DNA of 64,000 nt from Felis catus (GCF_018350175.1 NC_058368.1:139874001-139938000), one strand, 5' to 3'. Positions 11,880-23,867 are shown, numbered from the stretch's first letter. Program-made: numbers and translations. Notes: generated by a model from the letters alone, not told the origin.

Positions 11880-12050
11880 CCTCCAGCAGAGCCACTTGGA
11901 GGTGCTTTTTAAAAGTTCAGTTTCCGGACAACCCTCTACTTGATTCCTTCAGTGTTGGGCAGAGCCAGGGAATCTGAATTTTCAACAAAGACCACCAATG
12001 ATTCTGACAGAGGGGCCAGCGGACTTCGCTTTAAGAAACTGCTGGACTAG
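11880..12050. mobile_element. MER5-like hAT MITE
   Basis: cacttggaggtgctttttaaaa...gggaatctgaattttcaacaa...tttaagaaactgctg resembles MER5. Confidence 0.5.
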
Positions 12051-13424
12051 GTTTTACTAATGACTTCAAAGGTGTCAGACTGCAAGTCATGCCCTTCTGG
12101 TGAAATGACTATGAACCTTAGAATAATTATACCCTGGTTCTTTCACCTATTTCCTGTCCGCTTAGATAATGCTACCCACATAATAGGGTTGTAGGGAGAT
12201 TAAATGAGTTAATATATGTAAAGTACCTATCACATAACATCAAAAATGCTAGTCTTTTGATTTGTATTGGCAACACGTACGTTTAAAGGTGCATTAGGAT
12301 CCAGGTTGCAAAGGGAGCACCCCAATTTGGAGACCGAGTAATGAGGTCTGGGTGAGTTTTCAGATTCCTTTTGTTACCGGGAGGATGAGGTATGAAGGTT
12401 GTTTTTGTTCTTCTGTAGATAGAAATGGCATAAGCTGGGTTTCATCTACCTACCTGTTGGCAGAGCCAGACTTCTACTTATACAATGAAGTAAGAAGAGC
12501 CAACAGCTTCTTTGGCACAAGCTATGCTTGTGTCCCTCCCCCCAAACTCCCCTTTCCCACGGCTGTTATAAACAACAAGTTCCTACTAATGCGTATGAAT
12601 TCATACGTGGTTCAGGTATCTGTTTTTGAATTGAATTGCCACCTAGTGACCCCATACACTGTAATTGTAACTGCTGCGCTGTCCCTTTGCCCTCCTGCCA
12701 CCTGGGTCCATGTTGCTCTTCTTGGTTTTCTCTCTTTTGAGGCGTAGATTTTCATAGAAAACAATTGGGTCAGACATCCCCATTCTTCTGTGAAGCTGCA
12801 GAAAGAAAGAGGCCAAACATAATCTGGATGTTATGAATTTAAAACTTATTCTTACAAGATTCCTAGAGAAGGGGAGAGGGGAAGAGATAGAGAATAAAGC
12901 ACCTGCAAACTCATGATAATGAAATTGCCATCTCTAACCCTTCATAATTACTCATTCGTAAATATTTATCTAATATTCATCATATGCAAAACATTCTGTT
13001 CATGCTAGGAATAGAGTGGTGAACAAAATAGACACAACCTGCTCTCATGGAACTTAGAGTTCAATTGGAAAAAGACATCAAACAGCAACAAAAATCCCAC
13101 ACATGTGAATAAAAAAGTGTGGTTTATGTTTGAAGTGAGGGGAAATTAGGAAATGCCTGTCTGAGAAAGTACATCTCAGCTAAGATCTGAGTATGCACAG
13201 TAAAGAATTTATTTTATCTAATAAACACACATGTAGTGCTTACTATATTCTGGGCACTGTACTCATTAGCTCATTAAATTCTCAGATTATGTCAGTGATG
13301 TAGATGCTATACAACCATCCTCACTTTACAGGTATGAAAACTGAAGCTCAGAGGGTTTATGTAGCTTGCCTAGGATCACACAGCTAATAAGAACAGAATT
13401 GGTGTTCAAATTGAAGCAGTCCTT

Positions 13425-13662
13425 GAGACACCTGGGTGGCTTGATCGGTTAAGTGTCTGACTCTTGACTTAGGCTCAGGTCATGATCTCACAGTGTGTGG
13501 GTTTGAGCCCCGCATCGGGTTCTGCACTGAGAGTGTGGAGCCTGCTTGGGATTATCTCTTTCGCTCTCTCTCTGCCCCTCCGCTACTCACGTGCATGTGT
13601 GAACACACACACTCTCAGTCTCTCTCCAAATAAATAAATAAACTTAAAAAAATTTTTTTTTT
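13425..13662 (+). mobile_element. Can-SINE inserted in a MIR
   Basis: TSD aaattgaagcagtcc at 13408-13422 and 13663-13677; flanks have MIR core motifs (ttacaggtatgaaaactgaagctcagagg). Confidence 0.92.
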
Positions 13663-13731
13663 AAATTGAAGCAGTCCATAGTCCAAAGTCCATGTTCTCA
13701 TCACTCAGTATTTCTGTTGGGAACAGCATGG

Positions 13732-14725
13732 CAGTTATGAATTGGATGGTGTCCTCCGAGAAAAATTGTCAAGTCCTAACCCCCAGTACTTGTGAATATG
13801 ATCTTACTTGGAAATAGGGTCTTTGCAAATGTAATCAAGTTTAAAAGAGGTCATTCTGGATGGGGGTAGGCCCTATCCTATAACTAGTGTCCTTTTAGGA
13901 GAAAGAGATACAGGAGAGAAGATGGAAGTGTTACTGAGAGTTAAATGGAAAAAGAAAGAAGCCTCAGTTTTTTTTGGTGTCACAGTAAAAATTACATCCA
14001 GGACAGCAAAACTAAAGTAAAGCAGAGAAAAGTTTTATTAAAGTACATTCCAAGGGAGGAGCTGGCTGGCCAGTCAAGGGACAATGGCCTGGGAAACCCA
14101 GAGGGAAACCAGGACGTGTGGTCTCATCCATTTTTTTATTTTCGGTGGGTCCTAGGGTCACAACATTTGAGTGAGAGGCCTGGATTATATAATAATTAGC
14201 CAACTACACATGTCCTTTCCCATGATGCCTTGGAAATGCCTGCCTGGGTGGTAGGAAACTGCAACATTATTTCCATTCTAGAGGCATAGGGAAGGTGAGG
14301 AAAACTAACTGCTTTCTGCTCAACTGTAACAAGCACAACAGACTTAAGTCTTCTTCTGCTGGGATGCTGTAATCACAAACTAGCTGCTGGATGGGTGGAA
14401 AGGGGTGGTTCCTGGGCGGTCCTTGGTTGGGATCTCCATCAGGACAAGTAAGGTCCATCCTCTTGTCACTCATGCCTATCTTCCTGCCTAACAGTGGCAC
14501 AGATTAGACTATGCATTTATAAGCTAAGAAACACTGAGGATTCCTGGCACTGCCACAAGCTAGAAGAGGCGAGGAAGGAGCTTCCTCTAAAGCTTCCAGA
14601 GAGAGCATGTGTGTGTCATTCCTTTGATTTTGGACCTCTGCCTCGAGAACTGTGAATGAGTAAATTTCAGTTGTTTCAAGCCACACAGTTTGTGGTGTTT
14701 TGTTATGGCAGTCCTGGGAAAATGA
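13732..14725 (+). mobile_element. MaLR MLT1-type LTR split by a nested solo LTR
   Basis: aagtcctaacccccagtac...ggaaatagggtctttgcaaatgtaatcaag and ...gttgtttcaagccacacagtttgtgg...ttgttatggcagtcctggg are MLT1 hallmarks. Confidence 0.75.
13929..14493 (-). mobile_element. ERV1-class solo LTR nested in MLT1
   Basis: TG...CA termini; flanks gaag/gtgg (decayed 4-bp TSD); minus-strand AATAAA near 14035; MLT1 sequence resumes on both sides. Confidence 0.6.
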
Positions 14726-15624
14726 TAAAATGGCTAAGGCCTTGAGGTTAAAAAGTGCTTACTGTGTCTGGATAATGAATAAAAGCCAGTGATCTTAGTG
14801 AGGACAGAGTGGCTACAGGATGGGGCTGCAGATGGAGTTTTGAGATTTTAAAGTTCATTGGGATCTTTTTACATGTTCAGGAAAGAGGTGGAAACAACAT
14901 GCACTAAAGGGATGACAAGGGAGGAGAGAAGACGACAGATACTAGATGTATTTTAGAAGTAGAAATGATAAGATTTCATGGATTGTATTTGAGATGAAGG
15001 AGAAAAGGTGTGTGGACTGAGCACTGGGTAGATGGCAACATCATATACTAAGAAGCAGAATGAATGGTGGAAAGAGGAGCAGGTTTTGACAGAAGATCGA
15101 AAGTTCAATTTTAAATATGCCGTTTGAAATGCCTGGAGATACCCAAGTGCGTGTCCATTAGGCCATTTGACATACATGTCTAGAGCTCAGAAAAGAGGTC
15201 AGGACCCAGATAAATAAGTTGAGGAGGCTTTGTGTATAGTTATATGGAGGACTCCAGAAATGGCTGCAATTCTTCATCTCTCCCTGTATCAGTGTCCTTT
15301 GTCACACGCTCTCATTAATGGCCAATGGGATGTTAACAAACATGATGGAAGCAGAGGCTTTGAAGGCACTTGTGTGATTGGCCTGGCTTGCTCTAACCCT
15401 CTTTTATGATCATGGGAACATTCCGGGAGTAGCCAGTTGAAAGATAAAAAACATGTCTATTAGACAAGGTGCCTGGGTCATCCCAGCAAAGGCCATCCCT
15501 AGGTCAGTCTGTAGCCGGCTGACACCCAGATTGGTGTGTAAGTCCAATCAAAGATGGCAAGACCACCAGGCCAACCTGCAGAGTCATGAGCTCAGTGAAT
15601 GTCGATTGCTTAAAGCCACTGCGT

Positions 15625-16188
15625 AGGGGAGCCCTCTTATACTGTTGGTAGGAATGCAGACTGGTGTAGCCACTGTGGAAGATAGTATGGAGCTTCCTCA
15701 AAAAGTTAAAAATAGAACTACCCTACGATCCAGCAATTGCACTACTAGGTATTTACCTGAAAGATACAAAAATACTGATTCAAGGGACACTTGCACTCTA
15801 ATGTCTGTAGAGCATTATCAACAATAGCCAAATTATGGAAAGAGCCCAAATGTCCATCAACTGATGAATGGGTAAAGACTTCATATGCTTTCACTCATAT
15901 GTGGAATTTAAGAAACAAAACAGATGAACATGGGGAAAAAAAGAGAGAAGGAAAACCATAAAACACAGTCTTAACTGTAGAGAGCAAACAGGGTTGCTGA
16001 AGGGGAGATGGAGGGAGGACGGGGATGTGTTAAATGGGTGATGGATATTAAGGAAGTCACTTGTGATGAGCACTGGGTGCTGTATGTAATTGATGAATCA
16101 CTAAGTTCCCCTGAAACTAATATGACAGTATATACTAACCAACTTAATTTAAATAAGTAAAAACTTAAAAAAAATTTTTTTAAATAAA
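15625..16188 (+). mobile_element. 5'-truncated carnivore L1 3' end with an internal deletion, inserted in an MLT1-type LTR
   Basis: ORF2 C-terminal/3'UTR motifs (actgttggtaggaatgcagactgg, cactcatatgtggaatttaagaaac); decayed TSD taaagccactgcgt / taaaggcactatgt. Confidence 0.8.
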
Positions 16189-16297
16189 CAGTAAAGGCAC
16201 TATGTTTTGGGTGGTTTGTTATGTAGATTTACTATGTAAGAGATAACTAATTAGATGCAATTTAAAGCTGAGGAACTAGGTGAAACTGCCTGGCGGC

Positions 16298-16322
16298 GGG
16301 GGGGGGGGGGGGGGGGGGGGGG
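16298..16322 (+). repeat. Poly-G tract (G25)
   Basis: Uninterrupted G run. Confidence 0.9.
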
Positions 16323-16839
16323 TGGCGGTTGGGAGAAGGGGACAGGGAGTAAGCTGAGTTGAGAATGTTTAGGGATTGGGCGTTGGTGGAGGAGCAGCCA
16401 AGACTGAGAAGGATGGGCCTGAGAAGTAGGAGGAGAACTGGAGAGGCCTCAGTGAAATGCCAGGGAAGTAGAGTCTGACAATATGGAGGCCTTTCCACAG
16501 GCTCTAAATTCGGTACCTCTGCTCTAATAATCTTTCATCTTCTTTTAATCACCGCTGTTTTAGATTAGGCAGTTGTTGAATTTGGCTTGTATTGTTTCCG
16601 TAGTCCTGCGTCTTCATTTCTTCTTTCTGAAGTTCCACCCTTCGCATTGCTGATAAATTATTCTTAAAATAACATTGCATTGCCTAACTTCTTCCTCAAA
16701 CACCTTCCTTGGTGGTACATGGCATTCAAAGCCCTCCTAAACCCAGAAGATCTAGGCTAGATTCATTATATTTTCCTTGTACTAGGTGTCCCACTTTTAG
16801 GGAAGCTGTGTTCTCTTTTCTGAGCTTAAGCCTCATCTG

Positions 16840-17088
16840 TTTTTTAAAAAATTAATATTTATTTATTGTTTTTTAATTTTTTTTACTGTTTATTTAATTT
16901 TGAGAGAGAGAGAGAGACAGAGTGCTAGTTAGGGAGGGACAGAGAGAGAGGGACACACAGAATCCAAAGCAGGCTCCAGATACTGAGCTGTCCTCACAGA
17001 GCCTGATGTGGGGCTTGAACCCACAAACCGTGAATCATGACCTGAGCTGAAGCAGGACATTTAACCGACTGAGCCACCCAGGAGCCCC
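16840..17088 (-). mobile_element. Can-SINE
   Basis: Reverse-oriented body; TSD-like gcctcatct on both sides. Confidence 0.9.
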
Positions 17089-17189
17089 TAAGGCCTCATC
17101 TTTTTCAAGTTGAGGAAATAATAGAACCTACCAAATTTAAATTTAAATCTGAACCTGAACCTGAACCTAAATCAACCTGTCTATCTACG

Positions 17190-17525
17190 TATGAAAATCT
17201 ATTCCCTCTTAAAACTGGGGAGATGCCTGCCTAGTTAGATTACACGTCCCAGTCTACTTTGCAGTTAAATGAGGCAAGAGAATACGTGTGGAAGTGAAAT
17301 GTACCACTCCCTGAACTGGGATTTAAGACTGTAGGTGTGTTTTTTTCCAAGCCTTCTTCTTCCCCACTGTGTTGAATGATGAAGTGGAATAGAACTCCTT
17401 TGCCAGTTCTGTAACATATAAAACAAAAAACAAAAAAACAAAACCAAAACCCACAAATTGTTCCTTCCCTTTAAGTCATTGTATATTTGGGGTCAATCTG
17501 TTGCAGCCATCACTCTAATATCACT
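17190..17525 (+). mobile_element. Old MaLR (MLT1-type) LTR fragment
   Basis: cccagtctactttgcagttaaatgaggc...ttaagtcattgtatatttggggtcaatctgttgcagc. Confidence 0.5.
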
Positions 17526-20024
17526 TCAGGGTGTGTATAGATGTATATATGATGTTTTTGGAAGGCAATGCGTGTGGAAGTATTTTGAAATTTTTTAAAA
17601 GCAAAGAAAATGAACATAGGGTTTGGATTCATAAGATCTGGTGCTTAAGCTTTTCCAAGAAGTAGGCATGAAGCTAACAAGGCTCTCGGTACCTGTTGGG
17701 AACAATTACTATTATTGGTGGCAAGAGTTGACAACCATGTTATTTTTACTAGTCCTGGGTTAGGGGACTGATCTGAAACCTGTTTCTTTTTCAGGTCATC
17801 CCTGACTCATCTGAAGAGCCTTCTGTCTCCTCACCCTATTACTTGTTTAGCTGGGACTTTCAGGGAAGATTCCTCAACCTGGGAATCTTTAACAGTGATG
17901 ACTTTGCCATAGAAGAGAAACCAGAAGTTAGTCCATCGCTTTGATATTATGGAGGAATAAATTACATCTAGAGAGAAATAGATTTACTTTTCTTGAGTTG
18001 CAAATCTGGAGAGAGCAAGAGTGAGCGAGCACGAGAGAAAGAAAGGCAAGTCCAGAGGAAAGGAAAGGAATAGGGGTGCAGATGGGGAGATTTCAGAGTC
18101 AGAGCCCTTGCCAGGGCCTCTATCCGTGAAGAGGCTGCCATGATCTCCCCAAAGGACTTGCTTCATTATGGCTCATCCCATGGCTGTTTTTCCACCAGAC
18201 TGCCAGGCTCACAGATTGTCTTCCCTCCCTTTTCATCCCATCTCCTTCTCATTTCAAGTGTACCTGACTTTGCCACAGCCCCTAAGGCTGGACTTTGTTT
18301 CTCCTGGTCACAAAGGGCTGCCGTAATAATTGAATCTCCGCAGTGAGAGAGGCACGAGCCTCCAGAGTGCTCCTCTCCCTGTGAGGTATGAATACCAGCC
18401 TTCCGGAAACAATGTTCTGGTTTTTCTAAATCAGAAAAATGACTTGATGGTGGAATGTGAATTTCTGCAGGAAGGTGTGCACAGAACATGGCAGGTTTTG
18501 GGCAAGTGGCTCAGCGTGCATGTCCTCAAATAGAACTTCTGTAGCTGGACCACACAGTCTATGTAGAATTTCTCCACACACTGAGAGCCAAAAACATGGA
18601 CTCTTAGAACACATTTAACTGAGGCATAACAGAGGGAGAAAGACTGTCACTAAGCGAGGACACACAGTGGTGAGGAGCATCCCGGGCCCTGTAGTCTACA
18701 GATATGGCACCATGCCAGTGCTGTGCAGAGACAAGTATTTGCTGTGGAGTAAGAGCTTGTTCAGGATATTTTGATTCCCCAGATTCCACAGTTAGATTTG
18801 TCCTTTTATTGGCAGAAGGAGTTCATTTCCTCGCTTCATCAGCCTTCTGTTCTTCCTAATTATAAAGACTCATCATGGACCCGCTCCATTAGCATCCTCT
18901 AGCCATGTAAAAATTTCCTTACCCTTAGCATTTCTTTCTCTGGATAAAACTATCTGGTCTAGCTGCGAGAGGCAAGATTAATTAGTTTTTCAGAGAACAA
19001 CGTTACTGAGTCCCACTGATGTTTTGAGTACTATACAGATGCTGTATTTTTGGGTCTTCAGAGCGCCTGATGTGGGTTTGCACATTAGGATAATTCTGCC
19101 CAGGGATAAAACCTATGCAATTCAAGTTTTAAAAAGCACATGCAAAACCTACCAGAAGCCACCGCATTTATCAGCAGGTTTCGTATGATTGTTCAGTAAA
19201 AGCTCTGTGGGTCTGTACAGGTCACCCCCCCCTCCAAACTCCATCAGAGCCAGCACCCCCCCAGCCCCCACCTACAGTCAGGAGGATACAACTGCAGACG
19301 CCCAGGAGATGGGGATGGCAGCCCAGGAAGGAGCAGCAGAGAGCGGGCTCTTGATTGTGCAAAACTCATGAAATCTCTCATAAAGAAGTTAGTAGTCAGA
19401 ACTTCATGCTGCATTTTTATTCAGGAAAGAAGCAGGAAGAGAAGAGTGTCATTTCCTAGGAATCTGGAGAAATGAGGAAAATTCTTCCAAGGAGGGTCTC
19501 CCATTCAGAGTTGAGGAAGCTTTTCTGTTCAGCTGATGCAGTATGCTTTGATGTTGATGGCACAGTTATCAGAGAAGAAGGAATTGATGAGCTAGCCAGA
19601 TTCTGTGGAGGTGAGGATGCTGTGTCAGAAATGATCTGGAGAGCCGTGGGTGGGGCAGTGCCTTTCAAGGCTGACCTCACAGAGCGCTTAGCTCTGGTCC
19701 AGCCCTCCAGGGAACAGGTGCAAAGGCTCATGGTAGAGCACCCCCCACACCTGACCCCTGGCATAAAGGAGCTAGTAAGTCACCCGCAAGAGTGAAATGT
19801 TCAGCTTTTCTTAATATATGGTAGCTTTAGGAGCATTGTAGACCATGTTGCTTCAAGGCTCAATATCCCATTAACCATTGTATTTGCTAATAGGCTGAAA
19901 TTCTAGTTTAATGGTGAATGTGCAGGTTTTGATGAGATGCAACCAACAGCCCAATCTGGGGGGGGGGGGGAAGGAAAAGTTACTAAACTTTTAAAGGAAA
20001 AATTTCGTTTTAAGAAAATAGTCA

Positions 20025-20236
20025 AGGGGCGCGTGGGTGGCGCAGTCGGTTAAGCGTCCGACTTCAGCCAGGTCACGATCTTGTGGTCCGTGAGTTCGAG
20101 CCCCGCGTTGGGCTCTGGGCTGATGGCTTGGAGCCTGTTTCCGATTCTGTGTCTCCCTCTCTCTCTGCCCCTCCCCCGTTCATGCTCTGTCTCTCTCTGT
20201 CCCAAAAATAAATAAACGTTGAAAAAAAAATTAAAA
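20025..20236 (+). mobile_element. Young Can-SINE inserted in the PSPH pseudogene CDS
   Basis: Perfect TSD aagaaaatagtca at 20012-20024 and 20237-20249; PSPH frame KKIV|MIRDGATDMEA resumes after it. Confidence 0.96.
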
Positions 20237-20494
20237 AAGAAAATAGTCATGATTAGAGATGGAGCCACAGACATGGAAGCCTATTGTCCTGCTGATGTTT
20301 TTCATTGGATTTAGAGGAAACGTGATCAGACAACAAGTAAAAGACAACACGGAATAGTACATCACTGATTTTATAGAGCTTTTGGGAGAACTGGGAAAAT
20401 AATATCAATTTTTATACAGTTTGTAACAACTTCTGGTTAATTTACAGTTATTTTAATTAGTTTACAGTTACTTTACAGTTAGCTATACAGTTTA

Positions 20495-20724
20495 GGGGCC
20501 CCTGGGTGGCTCAGTTGGTTAAGCATCCAACTTTGGCTCGGGTCATGATCTCGCATTTCCTGAGTTTGAGCCCTGCGTCCGGCTCTGTGCTGACAGCTCA
20601 GAGCCTGGAGCCTGCTTCGGATTCTGTGTCTCCCTTTCTCTCTGCTCTTCCCCCACTCACACACTCACACACACACACTCTCTCTCTCAAAAATGAATAA
20701 ACATTAAAAAAATATTTTTTAAAA
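20495..20724 (+). mobile_element. Can-SINE in the PSPH retrocopy 3'UTR
   Basis: Canonical body; flanked by ta(t/c)acagttt copies. Confidence 0.92.
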
Positions 20725-20737
20725 ATTACACAGTTTA

Positions 20738-20936
20738 GGGGCACCTGGGTGCTTAGTTGGTTAGGTGTCTGACCCGATTTCAGCTGAGGTCATGATCTCA
20801 CGGTCTGTGAGATTGAGCCCCGCATTGGGCTCTGCACTGTCAGCGCGGAGCCTGCTTTGGATTCTCTCTCTCTTTCTTGTTCTACCCTGCCCCTGCTCAT
20901 GCTCTCTCTCAAAATAAGTAAACTTAAAAAAAAAAA
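20738..20936 (+). mobile_element. Can-SINE (older) in tandem with the previous copy
   Basis: Canonical body; flanked by ta(t/c)acagttt copies. Confidence 0.9.
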
Positions 20937-22164
20937 GTTATACAGTTTGATACTGTTTGCTTATAATTGCCTATTACAACCTAATGTGTACATTTGGTGC
21001 TGATTATCTGTACTTCCGACTAAACTACGGAAAATTACTTTTTTTGGCTATAGTCCTACCATTATTATGAACATTAATTACGTGGAGAATTTTATAATGT
21101 GAATTCTTTATGTACTTTCCTAGCTATATTTTATTTGAAGCCTTTTAAAGATAGATAGTAAATTAAACACCTTTACTATTGGAAATATAGGTTAGGCAGC
21201 CTTTAGTGAATATTATTTTTCCCTTTGGTAGGTAAAATAAAAGTTTATCCATGTATCAGAGAGAAAAAGAACTTACGCATTTCTAAATTATTGCTCTCTC
21301 CTCCCACCGTTCCTTCTTTCCTTTCTTTTTTTCTTCCCTCTTTTTTTAGTGGAGGGAAGGCCCGAGAAACTAAATCCATCATTTGAAAGCAGATGTGGAA
21401 TGTTGTGGTAGAACTTGTTTCTTCTCCTTGGTAGCACCATTTGTTTAGATTTTTTTTCTGTTCCAGTTTGTGTATGAGGAGTCAGGCTGATCAATCCGCC
21501 TCCCATCTATGAACACGTTCCAAAGTTCAGTTGTAAATGTATTGTGGAAATGCATTTTTCTACAGAAAAATGAAAATGTTGTAACCCCAAGGTCAGCTCA
21601 GTTGTGATTCTATACTGGGGTTGAAATAAAAGCAATAAAAATAAAGTAGAAAATAATACTGTTGCAACATTAGTGGGTTTGGTAAAGAGGAGAAATAACA
21701 ATGAATAGAAAAAATTTATTGTGTGTTTATATCTTGAGTGCTGATGAAAAAGACAAAGGGTAACATGCTTATGGGAGGAGAGTTATGCTGTGCACACAGA
21801 GGAGGTAGTCAAAGTGTACTGAATGCCCAGGGAAGTGATGGGGTGATGGCAGGAGATGAGTAGGTGCACAAGGTTAGTGTGAAACACATCTCTGTTTACT
21901 ATTCTAAGATATCAGCCCCTTGTGAGCATCTGTGCCTGCCGATCTCACACAGGTTTCCCCTGTGAGTTGAAATGTTGGTCTCACTTTATGTCTGTGTCTT
22001 AATGGAGCTCCCATTTCCAAATCTGTTGGAAGATAGATAAAAGGAGATTGGGATGCGCAGATCATAGCCTCCATCGTGTTGCTTACTACTTGGGGTCTAA
22101 CTTCAGTCAAATATTAATCCCCATTATATACCGCCTCATTCAATCCTTCGAATCTTCTGGGCCC

Positions 22165-22330
22165 CCCTAGGCTGCATCAAAATCAACCTGAATGGTTTAT
22201 TGAAACTCAGGTTTCTGGGCTCCACCCTTAAGGTTTCTGATTAAGGACACTTGGGGTGGGGCCCAAGAATTTACGTTGCAAGCAAGTTCCCAGGTGATAT
22301 TGATGCTCTGGTCCTGGGGCCACACTTCAC
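22165..22330. mobile_element. MER5A-like hAT MITE
   Basis: ggggtggggcccaagaattt...caagttcccaggtgatattgatgctctggtcc...ccacactt. Confidence 0.7.
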
Positions 22331-23867
22331 CCTGTGTCAATCTGGGTCCTCCTCCTGATTGTGAGCAGTGACTCTGGCTCTAAGCTTTAGCCTTCTCTAC
22401 CCTATCATAATCAGACATCTCTAGGGCTCTTCCCAGGACACTCCAAGCTCCTATCTGGTGCTCTGGAGATTGAAGTCCATCTTCTTCCTAAGCCCCAAAG
22501 ATACTTTTCAAGACTAAAGACTGTGGAAACTCATTCTGACAGCTGTCCACCTTGGAGACCTCTGGGGTTCTGGGGCTTGGCAGTCTCCTTCTCTCTTCAC
22601 CCAATTTCCCTCTGTTCTTTTCAGTTGCCTGCAACATAATTACCCCCCAGCAGATCCACTCCCTGAAGCTCAGCTTTTCCCCTCCTCCTCTGAGTAGCAC
22701 CAGGTCCTCATTCATCATCTTTGCCGTGGGTGTCTGATCCTGAAAGCAATTTGTGTCGCATCCAATAGCTTTTAGCAGAATTCTGTTCCCCACCTCAAAA
22801 GTCAAAGTGGCTTCCTGGGATCCATTCCCAAAGCTTTGGCCACCTGATCTGTGAGTTTGGATTCTTCCCAGGTACTAACTCAGATGTTGACCTTTCTCCT
22901 AGGGAAACATAGTTTGCTATTAGTTGTTACAAAATTCTAGATAATTAAGCCATGGGACCAGGGCTACATTCATAATAAAATCTGGTTTGATATTACACAG
23001 GAAATTGTGATGATTTTTCAGAATTGCAGTTTCAAGCCCACAGTAGCCTTGGAATAAAGCCGAAGTCTCTATAACATTTCTTTTGTTTGGTCCCTACCAA
23101 CAACCTGTCTTACAACAAAGCCTTCCTCTTGGTTTGTTTCTAGAAATCATTGTGAGGGGCCAGCTCACACACAATCGCAAAGAGGATCTTCTGTTACCAT
23201 GATGTGCTTGCCATTTTCTTCCTCTATCACCCAGGAATGTCTTCCTTCCCCAAGTCACCTGCTGCTGGGACCTCAAATACCCCCAGAGACTTCGTTGGTG
23301 CCTGCCTAAGGTGCCTTCATCTCCCACAGCCACCAAAGGTGGCTCTGCTCTCTCGGTCATCTGCCAGAGGCACTATAGCTGGCCATCCTGCTCTGTCAAG
23401 TATGCTTAATGTTTCTACTGACACAGGCACCTGTTGTTGGCAAGGTTGCTAATGTTCTGCCCTGTTGATACAGACCCTGATAGTGGTCCTGATCTGATCA
23501 AGACTTCATGGCACCAGTGGGTTCTTTTCTAGTGTGGGAAGGATCCTTTTGCCTTTATTGTATGTGTTTTTTCCTGGGTTCCAAAGTAGTGCTCCTGGTG
23601 TTACCAGTGACTAGAGACAATCTAGTGATAGAGCCTTTGGCAAAGATGGCCAGCTGTTTACCAGAATTCTAAAATGTAGTATTAGTACCAAGAAGTATCT
23701 GCCCAAGCAGTTAAAAAAATTTCTGAGCCCACCTTCCCTCCCCCCACCTGCACACTTTGCATTCAGTGGATTTATGGGACTAGTTCACTACAATTTCACA
23801 TTCAGAATTTCACAGAGTTGATATGTATCATTTCCAGACCAAGGAGTTTAAGAAGTAGAAGTACCTA

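Larger units (their letters stand above)
19220..21270 (+). pseudogene. PSPH: Processed pseudogene (retrocopy) of phosphoserine phosphatase; CDS-homologous part 19493-20402; outer UTR bounds approximate
   Basis: Intronless [34 protein letters not shown]...YITDFIELLGELGK*; ATG>AGG at 19493, TGA at 19793 (codon 101), TAG at 19904 (codon 138), G13 frameshift 19958-19970, SINE inside the CDS; retained 5'UTR ggaaaattcttcca; AATAAA near 21236. Confidence 0.95.

Noticed and set aside
19130..21290. TSD and poly-A delimiting the PSPH retrocopy
   Set aside because: Only a short A-rich remnant follows AATAAA and no convincing matching flanks were found; outer bounds left approximate
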